Shown here one piece after another: positions 1-7,306 of a DNA stretch of 38,681 bases. The translations under genes were made by a program, and so were the position numbers. Within the stretch, counting starts at the first letter, position 1, and the number at the start of each line of letters is the position of its first letter. The notes below the pieces were generated by a model. It saw only the letters and a list, made by a program, of their open reading frames with translations. It was not told the origin of the DNA and made no database searches. Origin of the DNA: a virus (Duplodnaviria; Caudoviricetes); IMG/VR virus record IMGVR_UViG_3300024331_000159, positions 1 to 38,681 of that record. One strand, written 5' to 3'.

Positions 1-89
1 GCTCGTTCCCGGTCTTGGTGGTTGAGCCGCGGATAGAGCTGCTCGACCCTGCGCATCTCCCTGGTCAGATCGACGATGATGTTCTCCAC
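1..89 (-). CDS. Hypothetical protein, 5' part only (MENIIVDLTREMRRVEQLYP...)
   Basis: GTG at 89 preceded by AGGAG (95-99); frame open to the window edge; not in the ORF track. Confidence 0.6.
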   Translation of the reverse strand, partial: MENIIVDLTREMRRVEQLYPRLNHQDRER

Positions 90-111
90 GCTGTCTCCTA
101 GAATTTCGCGA

Positions 112-172
112 GGCGGGAGTCGGCCCCATGCCCCCGACTCCCGCCATTCCGCCAGGTCCCGTTCCGGCGGAA
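112..172. other. Tandem intergenic hairpins
   Basis: Perfect 12-bp stem 112-123/134-145 and 7-bp stem 147-153/166-172, separated by one base. Confidence 0.7.
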
Positions 173-173
173 C

Positions 174-449
174 TCAGGCAGAATCTCCAAGGTTCATGTC
201 GTTGATTGCCGCAATGACCCTTTTCAGGTTGAAGGCCGCATCGATCTGAATCTCTTGCTGCAGGAGCGTTGTCTTTACCATTTCGCGGTTCGTGATTTCT
301 TGCGGCTGATATTCCTCATCGAAAAGCGGCTCAGATTTGTTTCCGTAGTCCGATTCCTTCTTTTTGTCGGTGGCGGTTTTTTTAATGATGAAGTTCTTGG
401 TCTCTTTGGTTTCCCGAACTTCGTAGCGTTCAATCGTGATTTTGATCAT
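174..449 (-). CDS. Hypothetical protein (91 aa, MIKITIERYE...)
   Basis: ATG at 449 with GAGGA RBS just after the upstream stop; the 5' extension of ORF 174..842 is shadow of the upstream gene. Confidence 0.75.
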   Translation of the reverse strand: MIKITIERYEVRETKETKNFIIKKTATDKKKESDYGNKSEPLFDEEYQPQEITNREMVKTTLLQQEIQIDAAFNLKRVIAAINDMNLGDSA

Positions 450-459
450 CGGTCTGTCC

Positions 460-1557
460 TCACAATTCTCCAGTTGCGGCGTTGCGCACGTCCTCGGCGT
501 TGGAGGATTTCTCTTCAGCTCCAGCCCACTGCGCGGATCCGGGCTCGCCAGTTCGCGCGGGAGCGCCGGTCGCTTCCGCAAATTCCCGAGCGCAATCGCC
601 GGCGGGGTCGCGAGGCGCGGGATTGGTAACTTCGCCGGCCATGGCATAGAGAACGATTTCGGTGCGTTGGCGCCAGCGCGCATACTCGCGGGAGGATTGG
701 TCGGGACGAAAAGAGCAGTTGCCGGGCACGCAGCCGCGGTGAACGGTCTGCGCCAGGGGCCAACCGCAAACCATGCACCGACCCTCGGCGGCCGAGCGGA
801 GCATTTCAACGAGGACCGGAAAGACCATGACCTGCAGCGCATCGTTCAGCGGCAGGAATTTGTAGTTGAAAGCCTTGAGGGTTTCAGCTGGAGCCAAGTC
901 CGGCATTCGGTGATCGCCTGCGTGCCCTGGCACCAGCACACAGCGCCAGCCGTCGTCTCGTCGGAACAGGCACCTCACTGCAGGGTTGATACGGTACGGC
1001 CGGCTGGCCGGCAGCACTCCAGGCTGTGCGGTACTCAATGCAGAATTGATTTGCTTGGCTACCTGTCCGTAGTCGTAACGCTCGCCGGTCCAGGAACAGC
1101 CGAGCGCGCTCATAATCATTGCCTCACTCACGTGTGGCGCCGTCGCCGTCTCCTCGCGGCTCTCCGCGCAGGTTTCGCACTCCGGACCAGATACCTCTTC
1201 GAAGGCGGCGACATTATGGGCAGTGCAAAGATTGATCGAATAGGTGCTCCCCAGTCCGAACGCATCTCGCACGGCGGCCCACCTCGGAGATTTTCCTGGC
1301 TTTCTAGGGCGAGCGTTCCGAACTGCTCTCTCGACAAGAGCCTTATCCGGATAAGGGACGGCCGTCCGCGCCGGTGTCACATTTTCTGCATTCGCAGGAG
1401 TTCGCCACCGCTCCTCGATTTCGTTCACAACCTCCGCGTCTTCGGACCCCAGAGCGCCATCGTGGACTACTTGCAGCGATAGGACTAGCGCGAGCAAGCG
1501 ATTCACATCCCGACGCGCGACCACCTCGAACGTCTGTTCGTTTCCTGTTTCTTCCAT
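460..1557 (-). CDS. Hypothetical multi-module protein with several Cys/His clusters (365 aa)
   Basis: ATG at 1557 with GGAGGGG RBS; motifs CETC, C...C...H...H, CMVC...C...C. Confidence 0.7.
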   Translation of the reverse strand: MEETGNEQTFEVVARRDVNRLLALVLSLQVVHDGALGSEDAEVVNEIEERWRTPANAENVTPARTAVPYPDKALVERAVRNARPRKPGKSPRWAAVRDAFGLGSTYSINLCTAHNVAAFEEVSGPECETCAESREETATAPHVSEAMIMSALGCSWTGERYDYGQVAKQINSALSTAQPGVLPASRPYRINPAVRCLFRRDDGWRCVLVPGHAGDHRMPDLAPAETLKAFNYKFLPLNDALQVMVFPVLVEMLRSAAEGRCMVCGWPLAQTVHRGCVPGNCSFRPDQSSREYARWRQRTEIVLYAMAGEVTNPAPRDPAGDCAREFAEATGAPARTGEPGSAQWAGAEEKSSNAEDVRNAATGEL

Positions 1558-1568
1558 CACCCCTCCGA

Positions 1569-1691
1569 AAAACCACAGGACACTAAGAACTGTGGTGAAA
1601 AAATCCCGCCGATAAACCGGCTGCATTCAACGCCTTACAGGCCGCTTTTTTCGCTCTCTGAGCGAGTGCCACTTGGTGCCATGCGGTTTCA
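1569..1691. repeat. att-like composite site, copy 1
   Basis: CCACAGGA-cactaag-AACTGTGG core (1573-1595), IHF-like ATTCAACGCCTTA (1625-1637), TTTTTTCG (1646-1653), GAGTGCCACTtgGTGCCA (1664-1681). Confidence 0.65.
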
Positions 1692-1792
1692 CGGCTTTTG
1701 CCGCCATAAAACGCTCAATAGACTCAGAATCGAACCTGCCAAAAAGCAGAGGCTCCCCGCGATGTACAGCCCCACGGTGATCACCTCTCGCT

Positions 1793-2668
1793 TCACGCCG
1801 GCACCTCCGCGGCTTCCGGAAGTTCAAGCTGAACGTGCCGCCCAGGTTCGTAGTTTGCCCAGAGAACTTCGGTGCGAGGACTCGCGCCATCCGCCAGGTG
1901 CTCGCATTCGACGCGATTCCAATCCCGGTACAGCTCGCGGTCGTAGAGATCGCACGCGTATCCGGAAAGCAGCACCCGGCCCTTCAGCGAACGGAGAACG
2001 TCGGCCAGTAGGCGATGGTCGTCGTCGGACATTTCGCATTCGTATGCAGCATTTCCGCGCACCATGTTTCTGGTCGAATGCGGATAGGGAGGGTCCAGGT
2101 AAAAGAATGCGTCGCGGCCGTCGTGCTGTTGAATCACCTCAAGCGCGTGGCGGTTTTCGATCACCACGCCCTTCAGCCGCTCGGTGAATTCCTTGATGCA
2201 GTCCGGAAAGTGCATCCAATCCTGCGCCGGGGTTGTGCCGGAACGGTTCGAATTGCAGCGGAAACCCGTCGAGTACTTGCCGTTGGTCGACGCGGACCCG
2301 AAGCCAGCGAACGAACGGAACATGGTAAGGCGGACCGCTTCGAGTTCCGGCATCTTCGAGATCGCGTCATGGGTAGCGCTTTCGAATTCAGTCCTGGCGA
2401 ATGGAGTCAGACGGAGCAGCTTCTCCAGAGCGACCGATTTCTCTGGATCCCGGAGGACGCGGAACACGCGGACAACCTCGTCCCACCGATCGTTGTAAAT
2501 CTCGGCATATGACCGCGGCTTCCGCAGAAGGACCGAGGCGGCGCCGGCATAGGGCTCGACGTAGGTGCGGTGTTCCGGGAAGTGCTCGATGATCCATGGC
2601 GCGAGCAGGAACTTCCCTCCGTGGTATCTAAGCGCTGGCCGACGCGGCTTCTTAGAAAAGAGAGTCAC
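1793..2668 (-). CDS. DNA adenine methyltransferase, D12/Dam-like class
   Basis: YHGGK, YVEPYAGAASV SAM-binding motif, YND, catalytic DPPY, terminal RTEVLWANY. Confidence 0.95.
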   Translation of the reverse strand: MTLFSKKPRRPALRYHGGKFLLAPWIIEHFPEHRTYVEPYAGAASVLLRKPRSYAEIYNDRWDEVVRVFRVLRDPEKSVALEKLLRLTPFARTEFESATHDAISKMPELEAVRLTMFRSFAGFGSASTNGKYSTGFRCNSNRSGTTPAQDWMHFPDCIKEFTERLKGVVIENRHALEVIQQHDGRDAFFYLDPPYPHSTRNMVRGNAAYECEMSDDDHRLLADVLRSLKGRVLLSGYACDLYDRELYRDWNRVECEHLADGASPRTEVLWANYEPGRHVQLELPEAAEVPA

Positions 2669-3885
2669 GTCAGCAGCCTCCGAGTAAGAACTGCAAACGC
2701 GACCGCAGCCTGCAGCGCCACGACGCCATTTCCGATCGCGCGAAGCTGATCGGCGCGGGATTCGTCCACCACCACGGCATCCCCATCAACCAGGCCGCGA
2801 AAGCCGGGTTCAACCGCCGGCGTGAGCCAGGGTTCTCCGAGGAGGATGGCTGGCCATCGGGGATCGCTCGGCCCTGGAGCGAATGGACCAGGCCCGAAAG
2901 TGTCGGATTCCCACCCGCATATTTCTTGTGTTGTTCCGAATCCCCCGCTGTCGCCGTCGGCCACTGCGAGACCGCAACGGTCAGATCCGAGTAGCCCTCC
3001 GGCCTCGAGCGTGACGGTCCCCCGCAATTGTTCGCGTTGTCTTCCGTCGGAGTCGGCCAGGTCCGCGCCTGCCCCTCGAGCAAGAGTTCGTCCTTGCGAT
3101 CCCCACTCCGGGAGGAATTTCCTCCTCCCATTCCCTTCGGCGTCTGCCACGTAGTCGACTGCAGGGTTAGCGGAATTCCCGCACCGTTCCCATTGATCCC
3201 GCGTTTCTTCAGTTCCGCGATCCGCAAGTGCCACGACTCCGGAGTCTCGCCGTCGTTCGCTATGCACGCCGACGGCGTCGCCCATGAACGCGTTACTCCA
3301 GTCAGCGAGTCGCCAGCATGGCTGTTCGGATTCGCATGATTCCCGCAGGACTCGCCGTCCTCCGCACGCGTCGACGGCCAGGATGAAGACTCGCTTTCGG
3401 AGATGGGTGGCTCCCACGTCGGCCGCGGAAAGAGAACACCACTCCGCATCGAACCCGAGTCGGGCAAGGTCTCCGAATACGCGATTGATTCCTCGTCCAA
3501 TAACGAGGCCTGGCACATTCTCAAGGAATACGAGGGACGGTCGGACGGCGTCGACGATGTCCGCGATGGCTGGCCAGATCCATCGGTCGTCGGACTCGCC
3601 TTGCTGCTTTCCGGCGGCGCTCCATGGCTGGCACGGGAAGCCCGCAGTGAGGCAGTCCACTGCTCCACGCCACTCCCCTCGCGGGAAATCCTCAAGAGGT
3701 CCGCACCAAATAGGTGCTGGCTCCAGCGCCTGGTCAGCCATCCGCGCCAGGAGAATTCCCTGAGCGAAGGCTTCCCGCTCGACGTAACCCACAGTCCGCG
3801 CTTCGGGCAGAGCGACGCGAACTCCCTCATCGAGCATCGCCGTTCCGGAGCAAAGGCTGAGGACATGGAAGGCGGGATTAGCCAC
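2665..3885 (-). CDS. C5 cytosine DNA methyltransferase, catalytic (alpha-like) polypeptide
   Basis: Motif I SLCSG, IV GFPCQ, VI ENV, VIII RKRVF, X LRAIGNGVV; no evident motif IX in this frame. Confidence 0.93.
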   Translation of the reverse strand: MANPAFHVLSLCSGTAMLDEGVRVALPEARTVGYVEREAFAQGILLARMADQALEPAPIWCGPLEDFPRGEWRGAVDCLTAGFPCQPWSAAGKQQGESDDRWIWPAIADIVDAVRPSLVFLENVPGLVIGRGINRVFGDLARLGFDAEWCSLSAADVGATHLRKRVFILAVDACGGRRVLRESCESEQPCWRLADWSNAFMGDAVGVHSERRRDSGVVALADRGTEETRDQWERCGNSANPAVDYVADAEGNGRRKFLPEWGSQGRTLARGAGADLADSDGRQREQLRGTVTLEAGGLLGSDRCGLAVADGDSGGFGTTQEICGWESDTFGPGPFAPGPSDPRWPAILLGEPWLTPAVEPGFRGLVDGDAVVVDESRADQLRAIGNGVVALQAAVAFAVLTRRLLT

Positions 3886-3887
3886 AC
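2670..3887 (-). CDS. Overlapping-frame methyltransferase partner (beta-like polypeptide, 405 aa)
   Basis: Open across the whole alpha gene; five W(P/A/Q)(T/S)x repeats; motif IX-like RRLNPAFAAWLMGMPWWWT; GTG at 3887 behind GGGAGG. Confidence 0.8.
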   Translation of the reverse strand: MWLIPPSMSSAFAPERRCSMREFASLCPKRGLWVTSSGKPSLREFSWRGWLTRRWSQHLFGADLLRISREGSGVEQWTASLRASRASHGAPPESSKASPTTDGSGQPSRTSSTPSDRPSYSLRMCQASLLDEESIAYSETLPDSGSMRSGVLFPRPTWEPPISESESSSWPSTRAEDGESCGNHANPNSHAGDSLTGVTRSWATPSACIANDGETPESWHLRIAELKKRGINGNGAGIPLTLQSTTWQTPKGMGGGNSSRSGDRKDELLLEGQARTWPTPTEDNANNCGGPSRSRPEGYSDLTVAVSQWPTATAGDSEQHKKYAGGNPTLSGLVHSLQGRAIPDGQPSSSENPGSRRRLNPAFAAWLMGMPWWWTNPAPISFARSEMASWRCRLRSRLQFLLGGC

Positions 3888-4027
3888 GTCGCCTCCCAAT
3901 GCCACGTTTTCCGCATTCCTAGCCGATTTAAGCGCAGGGAGAGCAAAAGGGCGCGGAAGCGCGGAAAGCACTGATTCCGCACGGGTTGCGCGCCTTTTCG
4001 GGAGATTTGCGGTTTCATCGCGCCCCC

Positions 4028-4143
4028 AAAACCACAGGACAGAGAGAACTGTGGGCTCGCTTTTCGCCTGCTAACCGCCAGATTCTTTGGCACTTCTACC
4101 CTCACCTTTTTTCGACCGCTATGAGTGCCACTCAGTGCCACTT
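4028..4143. repeat. att-like composite site, copy 2 (candidate attP)
   Basis: CCACAGGA-cagagag-AACTGTGG core (4032-4054), TTTTTTCG (4107-4114), GAGTGCCACTcaGTGCCACT (4123-4142); within a ~250-bp probably non-coding gap downstream of the integrase. Confidence 0.65.
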
Positions 4144-4851
4144 TCATGCAGCCGCCGTTTTTTCCGGGACCGGCGCGTCGGCCAGCAATTCGATCAGCTT
4201 GTCCGCTTGCGCTTCGCGCCATTTCTTTCGCGCGGACTCCCGAGCATTAACCCTCTGGCCGGCGGCGGCGGCGTAGGCGGCGGCGTAGGCGGCGGCGTAG
4301 GCGGCGGCGTAGGCGGCGGCGTAGGCGGCGGCGTAGGCGGCGGCGTAGGCGGCGGCGGCGGCGTAGGCGGCGGCGGCGTCGGCTCTGAGCTTCTCCCAAT
4401 CCGGCCGGAGGGTTTTGTCCTTGATCACCGACTTGTAAGCGTCCGCCACATCCTGAATCGCCTTCTTCGAGCGCGCGGTCTTCGCGAACTGCAGGACGCC
4501 CCACTTTTTGTCGACCAGCATCCACACGGCGAACTTCGGCCACACCTCGGACAGGTCGGCACCCGGCTCGATCGCCGACAGGAACCGCTCCGGCCACTTT
4601 TGCGCCAGGCCGTTCGAGAGCGATTCGAAGATTCCGTCCTCGAGTCGCGCCAGGATCCGCGGAATGCCGAGCTGCGTTTCATACTCGGCATGGTTGCCAC
4701 TGTGAATCGTGCAGCCGACCGCGCAGCCCTTGCCGTCTTCCCAATAGGTGCCGTGGATGATCTCGTCGGCTTTGCGGTGCGCCTTCACCCGCCCGAGATA
4801 CTGGTCCTTGATTCCCTGCTGCCCGTGAAACGCGATCAATTTGCTTTCCAT
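4144..4851 (-). CDS. Hypothetical phage protein with (AAAY)n low-complexity insert
   Basis: 235-aa ORF, GGAGAG RBS, globular N-terminus (AFHG...TYWEDGKGCAVGC), Ala/Tyr repeat, helical C-terminus. Confidence 0.85.
   Translation of the reverse strand: MESKLIAFHGQQGIKDQYLGRVKAHRKADEIIHGTYWEDGKGCAVGCTIHSGNHAEYETQLGIPRILARLEDGIFESLSNGLAQKWPERFLSAIEPGADLSEVWPKFAVWMLVDKKWGVLQFAKTARSKKAIQDVADAYKSVIKDKTLRPDWEKLRADAAAAYAAAAAYAAAYAAAYAAAYAAAYAAAYAAAYAAAAGQRVNARESARKKWREAQADKLIELLADAPVPEKTAAA
4261..4378. repeat. Coding tandem repeat, 12-bp unit GGCGGCGTAGGC
   Basis: GTA triplets at 4273, 4285, 4297, 4309, 4321, 4333, 4345 (12-bp period) and 4363. Confidence 0.97.
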
Positions 4852-5045
4852 GTCTCTCCCCCGAACGTCCGAAATTCAATGTGACAGCCCTCTGGAACCA
4901 TGCTCTCTATCGCGTCGGCGATCGGACCGCCGTCCGCCGGGATGAACTCCACCAGGACTCCATCCGCCCAGAGATTCTTGACCTCTCCGCAGATCTCTCC
5001 GGTGAGATCGTTCACAAACACGACTTGGTCGACGCGCTGCTGCAT
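4836..5045 (-). CDS. Hypothetical acidic protein (69 aa, MQQRVDQVVF...)
   Basis: TGATG overlap with the integrase stop; fills the gap to the next gene. Confidence 0.7.
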   Translation of the reverse strand: MQQRVDQVVFVNDLTGEICGEVKNLWADGVLVEFIPADGGPIADAIESMVPEGCHIEFRTFGGETWKAN

Positions 5046-6091
5046 CACTTTCTGGCCTTCGGCGCCGACGTCTTCTCCGCCACCCGCGCAATGTGGTCCT
5101 TCGACAAATGCGCGTACCGCATGGTCATCTTGATATCGCTGTGACCCATCAGGCTCATCACCGTCGGCAAAGGCGAGCCGTTCATCACCAGGCGCGAAGC
5201 GTAGGTATGCCGCAGATCGTGCCAAACGAATCCCCTCAGCCCGGCCTTCTGACAGGCTGTCCCGAACCACGTCCGCCAGTCGCGCTTTGCCGCGCGCTTC
5301 TTGTTCGCCGCCGGAATAACCCGCTCCTGGTTCCCGGAGATTTCCCTGAGCCGGTCGAGCGCGGCCATGGCGCTTTTGTTGATCCACACCACCCGCGGCC
5401 CGGTCTTGCCGGTCACGTTCGCCCGCCCCGACTCGCCGCCGGCGTGAACGTCGACGTCGCTCCATTTCAGGTGCCACGCCTCGCCACGGCGCATCCCGGT
5501 GTGCACCGCGAACAGATACTCGGCCTCCTGCTCGTCGGACAATTCCCGCAGCAGCCTCGCCTCTTGCTCGTCGGTGAAATACTTCGTGCGGCCGGCCTTC
5601 TCCGCGAACCGCTTCACCTTGCCGTCGCCGCAGGGATTGCTCTGGCAGCGTCCAATCGCGACGCCATGAGCAAACACGCTGCTGATGAATGAGCGGTAGC
5701 GGTTGCAGGTCGAGTCCTTGAGACCAGAGGCCTTGAGCTCGCCCAGGACCGCATCGATTTTCTCGGACGTCATGCGGTCGTATCGGAGAGTGCCGATGTG
5801 CCGCAGTAGCCTGCCCAGGCGATTCCGGTCCGTCGCAATGGTCAGCGGAGCCAGGCGAATCGTTTTCTTTTTGATCGCGTCCTCGGCCAGCCGTTTGAAA
5901 CTCCACACTCGCTCCTCTCGCGTCGGGACGTATTTGTTGTTCTTCACCTGCGCCCTTCGCAGGTTCAGCATCTCGAGCGCGGCCGCGAACGAGCCCGCCT
6001 TTTCCTTGCGGCGCTTGCCGTTCTGGTCCAGGAATGAAATCCACTTCACTCCCGGAACGCCGCGCTCGATGATGCCGGGCACTCGGTCCAT
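5045..6091 (-). CDS. int: Tyrosine recombinase / phage integrase
   Basis: Catalytic residues R (TGMRRGE), K (GKTG), HDLRH, MGH, RYAH; N-terminal arm-binding-like segment and core-binding domain. Confidence 0.96.
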   Translation of the reverse strand: MDRVPGIIERGVPGVKWISFLDQNGKRRKEKAGSFAAALEMLNLRRAQVKNNKYVPTREERVWSFKRLAEDAIKKKTIRLAPLTIATDRNRLGRLLRHIGTLRYDRMTSEKIDAVLGELKASGLKDSTCNRYRSFISSVFAHGVAIGRCQSNPCGDGKVKRFAEKAGRTKYFTDEQEARLLRELSDEQEAEYLFAVHTGMRRGEAWHLKWSDVDVHAGGESGRANVTGKTGPRVVWINKSAMAALDRLREISGNQERVIPAANKKRAAKRDWRTWFGTACQKAGLRGFVWHDLRHTYASRLVMNGSPLPTVMSLMGHSDIKMTMRYAHLSKDHIARVAEKTSAPKARK

Positions 6092-6363
6092 CAGACGCTC
6101 AGGTGAATCGGCTCAACGGACAGGCTGAACTGCTGAAACGGACCGCTCTTGGCATTCCAGTCCTTGAAGCCCATCGAACCGCTCGCCTGGACCTTGACCA
6201 ATTTTTCAGGGTCAAACGTTCCGAGCGACTGCGAGACAAGGCCGCCAACCAGCTGCACGGTCTGCTGTTCGCCGGCGTCGCTTAGCTTCACGGCCGACAC
6301 CTGCCGCTCGATCTCGACCACCACATCTTTTGCTTTACCGCTTGCTGCAACGCTCCACGACAT
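6091..6363 (-). CDS. Hypothetical protein (90 aa, MSWSVAASGK...)
   Basis: AAAAGGAG RBS, ATG at 6363, TGATG coupling to the integrase. Confidence 0.8.
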   Translation of the reverse strand: MSWSVAASGKAKDVVVEIERQVSAVKLSDAGEQQTVQLVGGLVSQSLGTFDPEKLVKVQASGSMGFKDWNAKSGPFQQFSLSVEPIHLSV

Positions 6364-6902
6364 TCGTTTCTCCTTTTGTGCCTTCCCGTATTTACTGCGG
6401 AAGATATTTTTCGAGCCGCCACGCTGCGCGAACCCGTCGTCGGTGTTCTGTGCTCCGCCGTGATGTTCGAGGCGACCCCGAGCACATAATCCAAGTCCCT
6501 CGCGAACGAACCGTCCTCGTTCTGCACCTTCACCCGCTGGAAACCCTGCTGCGCCTTGATGATGAAGTTTTCGGGATCCAGCCAGGTTCCGAAGGGGAAC
6601 GGCGCAATCTCCGGATACTTGGCAGATGCCCACACCCGTATCCGTCCCTGTGGATCGGAAGCGTTCTGAAGCAAGTCGACTCTCGTGGGGGAATCGATGT
6701 GAAGAAAGACCTCTTCAGGAATGAGGTCGTCGAACTTCTCGTTAATGAGATCCGCGAGCCCCTGCAGCGTCGAACAGCCTATGGGGTTCGCCACGGGCGG
6801 AGCGATCAGATGCAGAGACTTGTCCGAATAATCCAAGGCGCCGAACTTTTGGAAGTTCGGTGCCGAGAGACTGAGAATCCTATCGATAGCTTCTTTGATC
6901 AT
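6288..6902 (-). pseudogene. Probably frameshifted and 3'-truncated conserved phage protein (MIKEAIDRIL...)
   Basis: Protein-like up to ASNITAEH; the expected DDG.xQ continuation (NTDDGFAQR) lies in another frame near 6450; the tail overlaps the next gene. Confidence 0.55.
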
Positions 6903-6938
6903 GTGTTCCTTTCCCTTCTGAAATTGAAAAGCGAGGCC

Positions 6939-7283
6939 CTAATTCGTTTTGTCGCCGCTGGCCGCAGCCTTCGCGTCGAACATCCTGATTTGCTGCGGGT
7001 CGTGCGGGACGGCAACCATGGCGGTGCCGCGGCGCTGCAGGTAGACCGTGCCCTTCACCGCTTCCACCGGAACCGTCTTGGATTTGCAGGAGAACGTGAC
7101 CTGCGCCCCAGAGCGGTCCTGAAACGGCGTGATCGTGAATTCGAGCGTCAGCTTGCGCTTGGCCTCGGGATCAGTGTTGACGTCCCCGATGTTGGCCAAG
7201 ACCGCCGACCATTCCCGCTGAAAGACTTCCTCGATCGCGCCGCCGCACAGATTGCTGAGTGTTACGTCTTCTTTTTCGTGCAT
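6939..7283 (-). CDS. Conserved phage protein (often labelled 'replication terminator protein'), usual upstream partner of the preceding gene
   Basis: GGAIEE...VLANIGDVNTDPEAKRKLTLEFTITP signature; AAGGAG RBS. Confidence 0.75.
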   Translation of the reverse strand: MHEKEDVTLSNLCGGAIEEVFQREWSAVLANIGDVNTDPEAKRKLTLEFTITPFQDRSGAQVTFSCKSKTVPVEAVKGTVYLQRRGTAMVAVPHDPQQIRMFDAKAAASGDKTN

Positions 7284-7306
7284 GCCTTTTCTCCTTCTTC
7301 GCCGCG

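Noticed and set aside
1627-1890. 87-aa ORF across att-like site 1
   Set aside because: Overlaps the adenine methyltransferase gene and the repeat motifs; no RBS or family features
1793-3887. Restriction-modification system
   Set aside because: No endonuclease gene is adjacent; these are orphan methyltransferases
3878-4222. 114-aa ORF across the att-like gap
   Set aside because: Basic, non-globular translation over repeat motifs; an ATGA overlap at 4147 keeps it possible, but it was not called
4261-4378. CRISPR array or DGR variable region
   Set aside because: No spacers, and no template repeat or reverse transcriptase in the window; it is a simple coding tandem repeat
4836-6044. 402-aa alternative-frame ORF over the integrase
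   Set aside because: Arg/Gly-rich shadow of GC-biased codons; only the last 69 aa look like a real gene
5045-6091. Integron integrase or shufflon invertase
   Set aside because: No IntI-type insertion or attC sites recognised; the candidate sites are in direct, not inverted, orientation
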